Below, one piece after another: positions 18,704-26,770 of a stretch of DNA of 26,770 nucleotides (positions within the stretch are counted from its first letter, which is position 1; each line of letters starts with the position of its first letter). The position numbers and the translations under genes are program-made. Location of the stretch: assembly GCA_004524535.1 (NCBI GenBank), contig SDNY01000046.1, positions 1 to 26,770 on the forward strand. The letters are read 5' to 3'. Origin of the DNA: Promethearchaeota archaeon (GTDB lineage: Archaea; Asgardarchaeota; Lokiarchaeia; Sigyniarchaeales; SOKP01). Under the pieces are notes generated by a model. The model did not search any database, was not told where the DNA came from, and saw only the letters and a program-made list of their open reading frames with translations.

Positions 18704-19384
18704 TCAAGAATTTTCTTGTTTAATGAAGTATATTCCGTGGATAATTAACCATAATAATAATGAACCAATAGAGATCCATTCAATGGCGTAGGTGAAGGGT
18801 TGTGGGGGAACTGCGGTATAGACGACTATGGTAAAACCTGTAATCCAAATTCCAAACAAAACACTGGTAAGCAATGTAAACGGCACTAAAAAGTTTGCTA
18901 TTTCAGTATTTTTGTATTCAATATATCCATAAAGAAATAACGTAATTGAAAGTGTAGAACTACAAAGTACTGCCATTATATTATGCATTTCAAAGGAAAA
19001 AGGAAGGACCGGATCGTAAGGAAAAACTCCGACCAATATAAACCAAATGCCAGTTAAAATTCCAAGTAATACATCCAGTTTAATAAGCGTGGGATCTTCA
19101 TTTTTTTGTTCCAGATCGCTTCCAATAAATAAAACAATAACAATTAGCAGTGTTCCTCCAACTATTCCTTGAATAAGCATGATTAATTTGACTTCTACTG
19201 GTCCAGCACCCATATCGCTAACATAATTTGTAAACATTCCAAAACTAGGATCAGTTTGGAGATAAATAGATTGAGCCGTCAGACTTAATATAAGTAATAT
19301 TACTACTGCCATAATGCAGAGATAACCACCATTTATTTTTTCAAAAATTCTATCGACTTTTTCCATTTTTTTAGTCATAATCAT
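18704..19384 (-). CDS. DUF998-like membrane protein
   Basis: NYVSDMG, LVGVFPYD...MH..MA and a C-terminal EW; several TM helices. Confidence 0.6.
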   Translation of the reverse strand: MIMTKKMEKVDRIFEKINGGYLCIMAVVILLILSLTAQSIYLQTDPSFGMFTNYVSDMGAGPVEVKLIMLIQGIVGGTLLIVIVLFIGSDLEQKNEDPTLIKLDVLLGILTGIWFILVGVFPYDPVLPFSFEMHNIMAVLCSSTLSITLFLYGYIEYKNTEIANFLVPFTLLTSVLFGIWITGFTIVVYTAVPPQPFTYAIEWISIGSLLLWLIIHGIYFIKQENS

Positions 19385-20736
19385 TTACAAATCCGTATGA
19401 TTGTATCTGCTTTATCTATGTTTTCTTTAGAGATTGATAAAACAAATTTATTCTCTTCTTTCTTAAGGTCTACATCAGTCTTCATAGGTTCAAGAATTAT
19501 CTTTTTAATGTTTTCCCAATGTTCTAAAGAAAATTTAAGAGTTATATCGCCATTTTTACCTTCTAGGTTTATTAAATGAATTAGATTATCACCTTCATGA
19601 ATAGCCCCGATAACACCAAAATCTTTATCACTTATCTCCACACCAGGAACGCTCTTGCTTTTATAATCCATGGGTATAGCATCTCTAAACAATGAAGTCC
19701 TTTGTTTATACCATTCCCCAAAAAGTTCAACATTCTTAGCGGGTTCTGGATACATTTCTCCATTCATCTGGGATGGTAATCCAAAGCAATACTTACCACC
19801 ACTTGCTATAATAATTGCTGCGATTCTAAAGATCTCAAAAGGGTCGGGACGTGCTCTAGGATCGTCCCACATTTTGGCAGCGGGACCACACAACTCCCAA
19901 GGTCTTTCCATTCTCCTATATTTATTTCCTAAATTCCATGCTGCCTTAACATCATGAGCTTCACCAGATAAATAATGCGCATATCTCACTTTTTTATTTA
20001 TGCTTTGGTTATAAGTAAGAACTATATTAGGATATTCTTTTTCTAGTAAATCCATAACTAAAAAAGTTCCGGCATCATCATCATCCCAATACCAATCCAT
20101 CCACATGCCATCGACTTTGTAATTCTCTATTAATTCTTTTACTTGTTTTAACAAGTAGTCCTCGTAGATTTCTGGATTATATGTGAATTCTTTATAAACA
20201 ATGAGATTTTCCTCGCGAGGTATATCATCTTCATTAATTATATTCTCAAACATTTTTAGAAGTGCTTTACCAAAATTTATACAATATTTTACTACCTCTT
20301 CTTTTGAATCTTTATGTAAAGCAATGAAGGAGGGGGTAATTGATCTCAAAGGTTGGATCTCATCAAATTGGGGATTATGGTCAAAGATATTTGAGTAATA
20401 CCATAGAAATGGAATATCATTCTTTTTGCTTTCTTCAGCGAAATCCTTACAATAATCTTTTGGGGTCTTCCACTCAGTATATTTCGTATCCCAATAACAA
20501 ATTCCATCGTGCCATTTCGCTTCAAAAACATGGTAATCTACACCAACTCTTTTAGAAAGGGCGACCCAATCTTTCATTTTACAAAAAGGGCCGTTAAATT
20601 TAAGATTACCATTCTCATCTTGCATGGATGCGTTAAATTTATTATAATCTCGATTCCAACGCCAACCAGGTCTTGCTTCAATCTGATACATTATACCTAA
20701 TCCTGGTTTTTCCCACCATTCTTTTTCTTTTTTCAT
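19381..20736 (-). CDS. Glycoside hydrolase family 29 (alpha-L-fucosidase-like)
   Basis: W...K..GVDYHVFEAKWHDGICYWDT, WYYS, QVKELIENYKVDGMWMD (nucleophile Asp), PWELC and ASGG.Y..G.P...G. Confidence 0.8.
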   Translation of the reverse strand: MKKEKEWWEKPGLGIMYQIEARPGWRWNRDYNKFNASMQDENGNLKFNGPFCKMKDWVALSKRVGVDYHVFEAKWHDGICYWDTKYTEWKTPKDYCKDFAEESKKNDIPFLWYYSNIFDHNPQFDEIQPLRSITPSFIALHKDSKEEVVKYCINFGKALLKMFENIINEDDIPREENLIVYKEFTYNPEIYEDYLLKQVKELIENYKVDGMWMDWYWDDDDAGTFLVMDLLEKEYPNIVLTYNQSINKKVRYAHYLSGEAHDVKAAWNLGNKYRRMERPWELCGPAAKMWDDPRARPDPFEIFRIAAIIIASGGKYCFGLPSQMNGEMYPEPAKNVELFGEWYKQRTSLFRDAIPMDYKSKSVPGVEISDKDFGVIGAIHEGDNLIHLINLEGKNGDITLKFSLEHWENIKKIILEPMKTDVDLKKEENKFVLSISKENIDKADTIIRICK

Positions 20737-20756
20737 TTTAATCTTCTCTTATTCTT

Positions 20757-21968
20757 TTATTTTTCTGGACCTAAATGTTTTAACATAACAAGATTTTCTA
20801 CTTTACTATTATTTTTAATTTCGATACCATTTTGAGCTGCTTCAGCAGTAATAAATAGCTCATCTTTAGTCATTTCTCCGAATCTAATCATCGAAGGTGA
20901 TTCAATGTCTAAAATACCAAACTTGCCATGTCCCTGAATTACAATTATTCCATACGCACTGCTCTCTTTAAATGTTATAGATTTTCCTGGAAGGATTATC
21001 AATTCTTTCGCTGAATAAGCATCTGAATTGTACACAACTAAATATTCTTCATATCCTTCTTCTTTCATTTCTTCAAGAGGTTTAACTGGTTTAGGTTCTA
21101 AGAATCTGTTTTTATAAAAATCAGGATCTGTATTCAAATCCCAATCTATTAAATCCACTATAAAATCCAAATCCATTCTACGCTCTTCAGGTACATCTTT
21201 AACTAAAAGATCTCGAGGGATATACTTATTCCAAGTTATGTTTTGAAACATTGAGAATACATCCGAAGCGTATTGAGGTTCATACGTGAGTAAGGAGCCT
21301 GGTGCATGTAATACACCCGGTGGAACATCCCAGCCTGTTCCAAGCTTTAATTTATAAGCCTTTGACAGATATAGGATTCCATTATCTTGTTTATTCCAGA
21401 GTTCCAAACATTTTTTAACATCTTCTCTTGTAGTCCCGGGATTTAATCCAAAATATGTATGTGGAAAATAAGCAGGATGATTATTTAATTGTTTTGGAAA
21501 ATAATAACCTTCGGGCTTGCCTTTAAGCCCAACTAAGCCTGCTTTCTCATCATCTTGATGTAAGTGAAGAGGTAATGGTTCTAAATTATCAAAAAATTTA
21601 GAATACATAAGCCACCCCTTATATTTATCCATAATATTCTTACCTATGATATCATTTCCCATAATATTAATGGCATCACCCAACAACAATTTATTTACTT
21701 GATTTTCATTCTCTATGTAAATATAACTTAAGCCTTCGTCTTCTAAAGTTAGGGGTCCATTATCCGCCTTGGTAGTTGAGCAAAACCACCTCTCATCAAT
21801 CCCACCTCTATGAGTCCCGAAAGAATAATAATCATCAGGATGTAATTTTAGACGCCTTCCAGGGATGCAAAATTCCCGAGGTACCCAATTAGGAAAAAGT
21901 CTAAGAATGCCTTCTCCCAATTCTAATGCTCTATTCAAGACTTTTTCTGTATCTACCAAGAAGAACAC
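20757..21968 (-). CDS. Cupin-fold sugar-phosphate isomerase-like protein (type I PMI-like)
   Basis: ERW, SKFFD..PLPLHLHQ, GKPEGYYF and VPPGVLHAPG..TYEPQ..SDV metal-binding cupin motifs. Confidence 0.7.
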   Translation of the reverse strand: MFFLVDTEKVLNRALELGEGILRLFPNWVPREFCIPGRRLKLHPDDYYSFGTHRGGIDERWFCSTTKADNGPLTLEDEGLSYIYIENENQVNKLLLGDAINIMGNDIIGKNIMDKYKGWLMYSKFFDNLEPLPLHLHQDDEKAGLVGLKGKPEGYYFPKQLNNHPAYFPHTYFGLNPGTTREDVKKCLELWNKQDNGILYLSKAYKLKLGTGWDVPPGVLHAPGSLLTYEPQYASDVFSMFQNITWNKYIPRDLLVKDVPEERRMDLDFIVDLIDWDLNTDPDFYKNRFLEPKPVKPLEEMKEEGYEEYLVVYNSDAYSAKELIILPGKSITFKESSAYGIIVIQGHGKFGILDIESPSMIRFGEMTKDELFITAEAAQNGIEIKNNSKVENLVMLKHLGPEK

Positions 21969-22051
21969 CTTTTTTAATTATATTTTAATTTTTTAAAACC
22001 TAAAAATATTTTAGAAAAGCGATAATCGCATTTGCAGCGTTAAATTTTTAT

Positions 22052-23515
22052 TTATTCAATATCCAAGATATCTTTAATTAATTGTTTTTTCTTTTCCAAA
22101 TTAGATTGACGGGTTATCATAATTCTTTGTGCTTGTGGAGAGCCTGCTCCATGCATTGATTCTACCTTATAACTAACTGCTGCTACACCCATACTAATAT
22201 TTTCAATGAATCTTAGTAATTTATATCGATCTTCCACAGAAACTCCATCACATACGGACAGATATTTTTTTAATAATGGCCCGACTTCTTCGGACTTAAG
22301 ATCCGCTTCAGAAGGAAGTGTACATATAATCCCTCCGACTAAGTCGTCAATGAGTCTGCTAATCTCATACGGAAATCGGGTTACATTTTGCTTACATACA
22401 TTTGCTAATAGCATGTCCATTTCATAGTTCCCAGCTTCCCTTTTGAAGCCTAGCGAACTACAAGCAATTCCGCAGCAATAGAGCGTTTCATTTAAATGAA
22501 TCATTTCTATCAATTTATCTTTAATATGAGAAGCATTGTTAACACCTTGATATTCTGTAATTAAACTTGTTGCTCCGATTAATACATCTCCAATACCTAC
22601 TTTACATCCCCCATAACTTTGCCTGTGAAACCCAGCAAATCTATTAACTAATTCCCCAGAGAATTCTACTTCTCCTTTCATAAAGATATTTTCATTAGGA
22701 ATAAAAACGTCTTCAAAAATGACGAAAATTTCTTGTCCTCCATACTTATAATTTCCAACTTCCATTTTGCTATCTTCCATTTTACGGGTGTCGCAAGATT
22801 GCCTTCCGTATACCATTGTTATTCCCTTTGCGTCAGTATCGACTCCAAAGCTTACAGCATATTCTTCCTCTCCGGGGCGTATTGTAAGTGTAGGCATAAC
22901 AATTGCGCGATGCGAATTTAGCCATCCTGTTTGATGAACTTTAGCTCCTCTAACAATAATTCCATCATCGGTTTCATCAACCATGTGTAAATATTGATCT
23001 GGATCGGTTTGATCACTCGGTCTTTTTCCTCGGTCTCCTTTAGTATCGGTCATTGCTCCATCTACCATAAGATCTTGATTTTGAACTTCAATCCAATAGT
23101 TTTTAAATCTCTCATGGTAGTTTGTATTATACTTTTTGTCCAATTCGTGAGTTACTGAATATAACGCATTAGCAGCATCAAATCCTACACATCTTTGGAA
23201 GCAGCATGCTACTTTTTGCCCTATAAGTCTTTGCATTTTTACTTTTTTAATCAAGTCATCTACAGATTGATGAATATGAGTGAATCGATTTATAATTTCT
23301 CCTGTCATATGCGAGTGGGTGGTCATCAAATCTTTATATTCTTCCATTTGAGCTAATTCGTAAATCTTCGCTACAGTATTTATAGAAGGTTTTATGATTG
23401 GATGGTTCCAAAACTCTTTGACTTTTTCACCAAACATATATAAATTCATATCTCGTTTAATACTTTCTAAATATTCTTCGGGAGTTTTTAATGCCATTTT
23501 TAAATTTTCTCTCAA
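22052..23515 (-). CDS. abfD: 4-hydroxybutyryl-CoA dehydratase (HpaB/AbfD family)
   Basis: CFQRCVG and FHRQSYGGCK (Cys/Cys/His/Cys Fe-S ligands), GAMTD.KGDR, RGAK.HQTG and ESMHGAGSPQAQR. Confidence 0.9.
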   Translation of the reverse strand: MRENLKMALKTPEEYLESIKRDMNLYMFGEKVKEFWNHPIIKPSINTVAKIYELAQMEEYKDLMTTHSHMTGEIINRFTHIHQSVDDLIKKVKMQRLIGQKVACCFQRCVGFDAANALYSVTHELDKKYNTNYHERFKNYWIEVQNQDLMVDGAMTDTKGDRGKRPSDQTDPDQYLHMVDETDDGIIVRGAKVHQTGWLNSHRAIVMPTLTIRPGEEEYAVSFGVDTDAKGITMVYGRQSCDTRKMEDSKMEVGNYKYGGQEIFVIFEDVFIPNENIFMKGEVEFSGELVNRFAGFHRQSYGGCKVGIGDVLIGATSLITEYQGVNNASHIKDKLIEMIHLNETLYCCGIACSSLGFKREAGNYEMDMLLANVCKQNVTRFPYEISRLIDDLVGGIICTLPSEADLKSEEVGPLLKKYLSVCDGVSVEDRYKLLRFIENISMGVAAVSYKVESMHGAGSPQAQRIMITRQSNLEKKKQLIKDILDIE

Positions 23516-23638
23516 AATAGATTAGTCTACTTAAATTAAAATTCATTTATTATTAAAAATAACTCAAATACAATTTAAGTTTCAAATACTCCATAATTAT
23601 TAAAATCATAAAAGAAAGAAAAAAAAAGAGTTAAGTTT

Positions 23639-23663
23639 GTATTCAACCCTTAGGTTGCAATAC
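23639..23663 (-). terminator. Hairpin followed by T-tract downstream of the 23670-24284 gene
   Basis: GTATTCAACC-CTTA-GGTTGCAATAC inverted repeat, followed on the - strand by a long T-rich tract. Confidence 0.4.
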
Positions 23664-23669
23664 TGGTCC

Positions 23670-24284
23670 TCATCTTACATGACTTAAAGAAGCTAATTTA
23701 TTATAACCAATGATTTTAAGAATTGGTCCTATGAAATTAAGAATTATAGTTATCTCTAAAATGGCAGCAATCTTTAGATATTTAGCTCCTTTTTTTGCAT
23801 CCTCACATATATCCCCTGGAAACATTGTCATGTTATTTTCGAAAAAGGTTTGTAAACGACCCCATGCTTGAATGGTCAAGATTGCGGCAATTATTATAAG
23901 AATGACCGCAATAACGATAATAGTTATAGGAATGATAATTGTTGGTGTAATTGCTCTAATTAGAAATAACTGTATTCCTATACCAATCCATCCTAGTGCC
24001 ATGAAGATCCAACCAATAATAAGTAAGATAAGACCAAGAATAATTTTAGAATGGAATGCTAATAGATTTTCATTATTAAGCTCTTGACCAGCTTTTTTAA
24101 TGTCTCCTAAGGCAGATAAGAATGTAAAGAATATAATTATATGAATAATTGCAACGATTATTACTACAAATTCGATAAAAATAGCAATTATGGCTAAAAT
24201 CAAACTAACAATAGTCAATATCATTAAGAAGTACATTCTGCCACCAAATTGTTCGAAATGTGTTAAATCAACTTTTTCTTGCAT
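23670..24284 (-). CDS. Hypothetical integral membrane protein
   Basis: About five hydrophobic segments, 204 aa. Confidence 0.65.
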   Translation of the reverse strand: MQEKVDLTHFEQFGGRMYFLMILTIVSLILAIIAIFIEFVVIIVAIIHIIIFFTFLSALGDIKKAGQELNNENLLAFHSKIILGLILLIIGWIFMALGWIGIGIQLFLIRAITPTIIIPITIIVIAVILIIIAAILTIQAWGRLQTFFENNMTMFPGDICEDAKKGAKYLKIAAILEITIILNFIGPILKIIGYNKLASLSHVR

Positions 24285-24368
24285 TTTAAATTCATCTCGT
24301 AAGAAATTACGTTAGATATTATTGAAAATAGCAATAATTATTAATAAATCTATTTTTTTAATTTTTAG

Positions 24369-25292
24369 TTAGAATTCAGATAATTCTTCTTCTACCAATC
24401 TTTTCTCAATTTCCGCATCATCTTTTTCTTCTTCAAGTGCACTTATTCTATGTTCTAAAATAGTCATAGTCTCGATAATGTTGTTGATTTTATTGTTTAC
24501 CCTCTTTAATTCTATTTGAATTGTCCCCAATTGATTTAAAGCCCATAAGGTAACGTCAGACTCCTTTACAGGCTCCAATAACCAAGATATTAAATTCAAC
24601 ACAAATTTTCGATTATCCAAGCAATTTAATCCAATATTACTGTCATTAGAAAAAATATCAATATCTCCTATTGCTACAACCTTACCCCGCCCATATTCCG
24701 CTGATGCGGATATAATTTGTTTCATATTTTCATTTTCTTTTGACCATTGTTCATTAGACCCATTATAAATCTCCGTCCATGATTCATTCAAATACAATAA
24801 AGGATTTGATTCTTTCTTTAATAATAAAGAACATGTTCCACTAATTACTATTTCCCTTAATTGTTTTGTTATCTGATGTTTTTGAAAATTTTGAATGGAT
24901 ATAATACTTGAACAATTTTGATTAATGCTATTATTTTGTTTAACTATATTCTTTTGAAAATAAATGCCAAAATTCTTTCCTGTGATGTCGTTTAGATTTG
25001 TTTTTTGAAGATAATCACCGCCATATTCGCTTATAAGTAACAATCGACCTCCATCTCGCACAAAATTAATAATATTTTTAATTTCGATATTAGAAAAATA
25101 ATCATCAATTGGATTTCCTATAACTAATATATCGACTCGCTGCAGTTGTTGATTTGTTAAATTCTTATTTTCATTTGTTATAATCTTTAAAGTCAAAGAT
25201 TTTAAAAGATTAATAAATTCAGAAAAGTCTTGATCTTTAATGCTAAGCATTTCTGAATGCGACTGCTCAAAAAGTACCACTTTTTTTGGCAT
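24369..25292 (-). CDS. GIFT-domain (GldG/IFT52-like) protein with C-terminal coiled coil
   Basis: VLFEQSHSE, DILVIGNP...F...EI..I..FV.DGG.LLL..E.GG....TNLN, GKVVAIGD.DIFSN...DN..F..NL..WL, then a heptad-rich acidic tail. Confidence 0.7.
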   Translation of the reverse strand: MPKKVVLFEQSHSEMLSIKDQDFSEFINLLKSLTLKIITNENKNLTNQQLQRVDILVIGNPIDDYFSNIEIKNIINFVRDGGRLLLISEYGGDYLQKTNLNDITGKNFGIYFQKNIVKQNNSINQNCSSIISIQNFQKHQITKQLREIVISGTCSLLLKKESNPLLYLNESWTEIYNGSNEQWSKENENMKQIISASAEYGRGKVVAIGDIDIFSNDSNIGLNCLDNRKFVLNLISWLLEPVKESDVTLWALNQLGTIQIELKRVNNKINNIIETMTILEHRISALEEEKDDAEIEKRLVEEELSEF

Positions 25293-25419
25293 CTTAATCT
25301 AAAAATAAAATTAAAAATTAATTAAATCTAAAGCCTTAAAGTAAATTCATAAATAAAAATCATTCCCCAATTTTAACATAAAAAATTTTTTAAACTTAAT
25401 TAATTAAAACTTAGTGGAT

Positions 25420-26770
25420 ATGATTGAAAATACTTTGGCTGTTATTGGGCTAAGTTGGGGAGATAAAATATCTGAAAACAGATTTTACCCTAGATGAAGG
25501 CAAAGGTAAGTTTGTCGATTTCTTAGCCCAAAAAGCAGATATAGTCGTTCGTTATGCTGGTGGAAGCAATGCGGGTCATTAAAATAAATCTCTTCGATTT
25601 TCTAGGCTAAACGGTTGTTGCCAACGGCATTAAGTATAAGTTTAAATTGATTCCATCTGGTGCTCCATTGGAGAAAGAGGTTGTTATAGCAAATGGATGC
25701 GTAGTAGATCCAGTTGTCCTGCTTGAAGAAATAGAAAACTTAAAAAACTTGAATAAGCAAGTCAATTTAAAACTAAGTAGCACAGCACACATTATTTTCC
25801 CATTCCAACGTGTTTTAGACGGATTAGAGGAAGAAGCGAAGGGAAAACATGCTGCTGGAACAACAAAAAGAGGTATAGGCCCCACATACTCTGATAAGGC
25901 CGCTCGTTGGGGAATTAGAGTCTATGATTTAATTAATCCTGATTTATTAAGACTAAAATTAATGAAATTATTTGAGCTAAAGAAGGCTCTTATTAAATCA
26001 TTCGATCCCGAATGGGATATGGATTTTGATATTCTTTTTGAAGAATATAAGACATATGGTGATATATTAAAACCTTACGTAATTGACACGGCATATTATT
26101 TGAATAAAGCGATAGATTCCGGAAAAAAAGTAGTTTTCGAAGGTGCCCAAGGTACTTTATTGGGGATAGATCACGGTATGTATCCCTATGGAACGAGCTC
26201 AAATGCAAACGCACTTGGAATATCTGCGGGCACGGGAGTTCCTTCTAAAAAAATTGGTAAAATTATTGGAATTGTCAAAGCTTACACATCAAGAGTTGGG
26301 GGAGGCTTATTTCCAACTGAGTTAACAAATACAATAGCAGAAAAAATCCGAGAACAAGGAAAAGAGTACGGTACAGTAACAGGTAGACCGAGAAGAGTAG
26401 GATGGTTGGATCTCTTTAATATCAAATATTCGATTATGATAAATGGTGTGGATAGTATTATTATCACACTTTTAGATGCTTTAGAAGGCATTAATCCACT
26501 AAAAATTTGTACGGCATATGAATTAGAGGGAAAGATTCTTGAGAGTTGGCCCATCCAATCAGAGATAATAGAAAAATGTATACCCATATATAAAACTTTT
26601 GACGGGTGGGAACAAAAAACTAGTGAAGAATGGTCTGAAATAGCAAAACAAGGTTATGATGCATTGCCTTTAACAATGAAAACATACATTCAATTTATAA
26701 AAGATGAACTTCAAACAGAAATCGCAATGATCTCAATTGGACCAGACAGGAATGACACAATAGTATTGGA
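25420..26770 (+). CDS. purA: Adenylosuccinate synthetase with two introns; exons 25420-25462, 25494-25579, 25611 to beyond the window end
   Basis: Joined product [14 protein letters not shown]|[29 protein letters not shown]|[17 protein letters not shown]...[14 protein letters not shown]...FEGAQG.LL.IDHG.YPY.TSS...[13 protein letters not shown]...[16 protein letters not shown]; exon 3 is open to the window end. Confidence 0.93.
25463..25493 (+). other. purA intron 1, 31 nt, BHB-like
   Basis: GGGG-AG^A-UAAAAUAUCUG-AAAA-CAGAUUUUA-CCCU-AG^A; removal gives TGG GGA GAT GAA GGC (WGDEG). Confidence 0.88.
25580..25610 (+). other. purA intron 2, 31 nt, BHB-like
   Basis: AGCAAUGCG-GGUC-AU^U-AAAAUAAAUC-UCUUC-GAUUUUCUA-GGCU-AA^A-CGGUUGUU; removal gives GGT CAT ACG GTT (GHTV). 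Confidence 0.85.

Noticed and set aside
7096-24087. Other short overlapping track ORFs (7096, 8648, 15617, 16421, 18140, 18213, 18334, 19397, 19670, 20201, 20340, 20346, 20509, 22206, 22733, 23872)
   Set aside because: All are nested in or antisense to better-supported genes and show no recognisable motifs.
25463-25493. Spliceosomal-type intron (pyrimidine-rich end TTTTACCCTAG)
   Set aside because: No GT donor in any equivalent register, and the other two introns do not end in AG; BHB geometry explains all three.
25420-25610. purA as a frameshifted pseudogene, or programmed ribosomal frameshifting
   Set aside because: The breaks are clean 31-nt insertions that fold as BHB motifs and excise exactly; exon sequence is otherwise intact, and frameshifting would leave extra residues inside catalytic motifs.
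25607-26587. Minus-strand ORFs 25607-25885, 25993-26214 and 26282-26587
   Set aside because: Antisense shadows of purA exon 3, which the track missed because it has no stop within the window.

Overview
AT-rich archaeal window; gene content and style suggest an Asgard (Lokiarchaeia-like) genome, which is an inference. It holds the end of dnaJ, a micro rubredoxin-like gene, an RNase P RNA, a PD-(D/E)XK nuclease, a K+-independent membrane pyrophosphatase, a small toxin-antitoxin island (HicAB and an amber-interrupted PemK/MazF), a 40-bp tandem repeat, trxB, xerA, cdc6/orc1, a LeuA/homocitrate-synthase-like enzyme, a repeat-flanked three-gene cassette, a DUF362 Fe-S protein, a GH29/cupin sugar cluster, 4-hydroxybutyryl-CoA dehydratase, an IFT52/GIFT-like protein and purA. 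Main finding: three 31-nt insertions in protein-coding genes (two in purA, one in a small Zn-ribbon gene). Each folds into a bulge-helix-bulge (BHB) motif. Cutting at the canonical tRNA-splicing-endonuclease positions restores the reading frame and the conserved motifs WGDEGKGK, NAGHT and CPEC exactly. These are candidate BHB-type mRNA introns outside cbf5; splicing itself cannot be shown from DNA alone.
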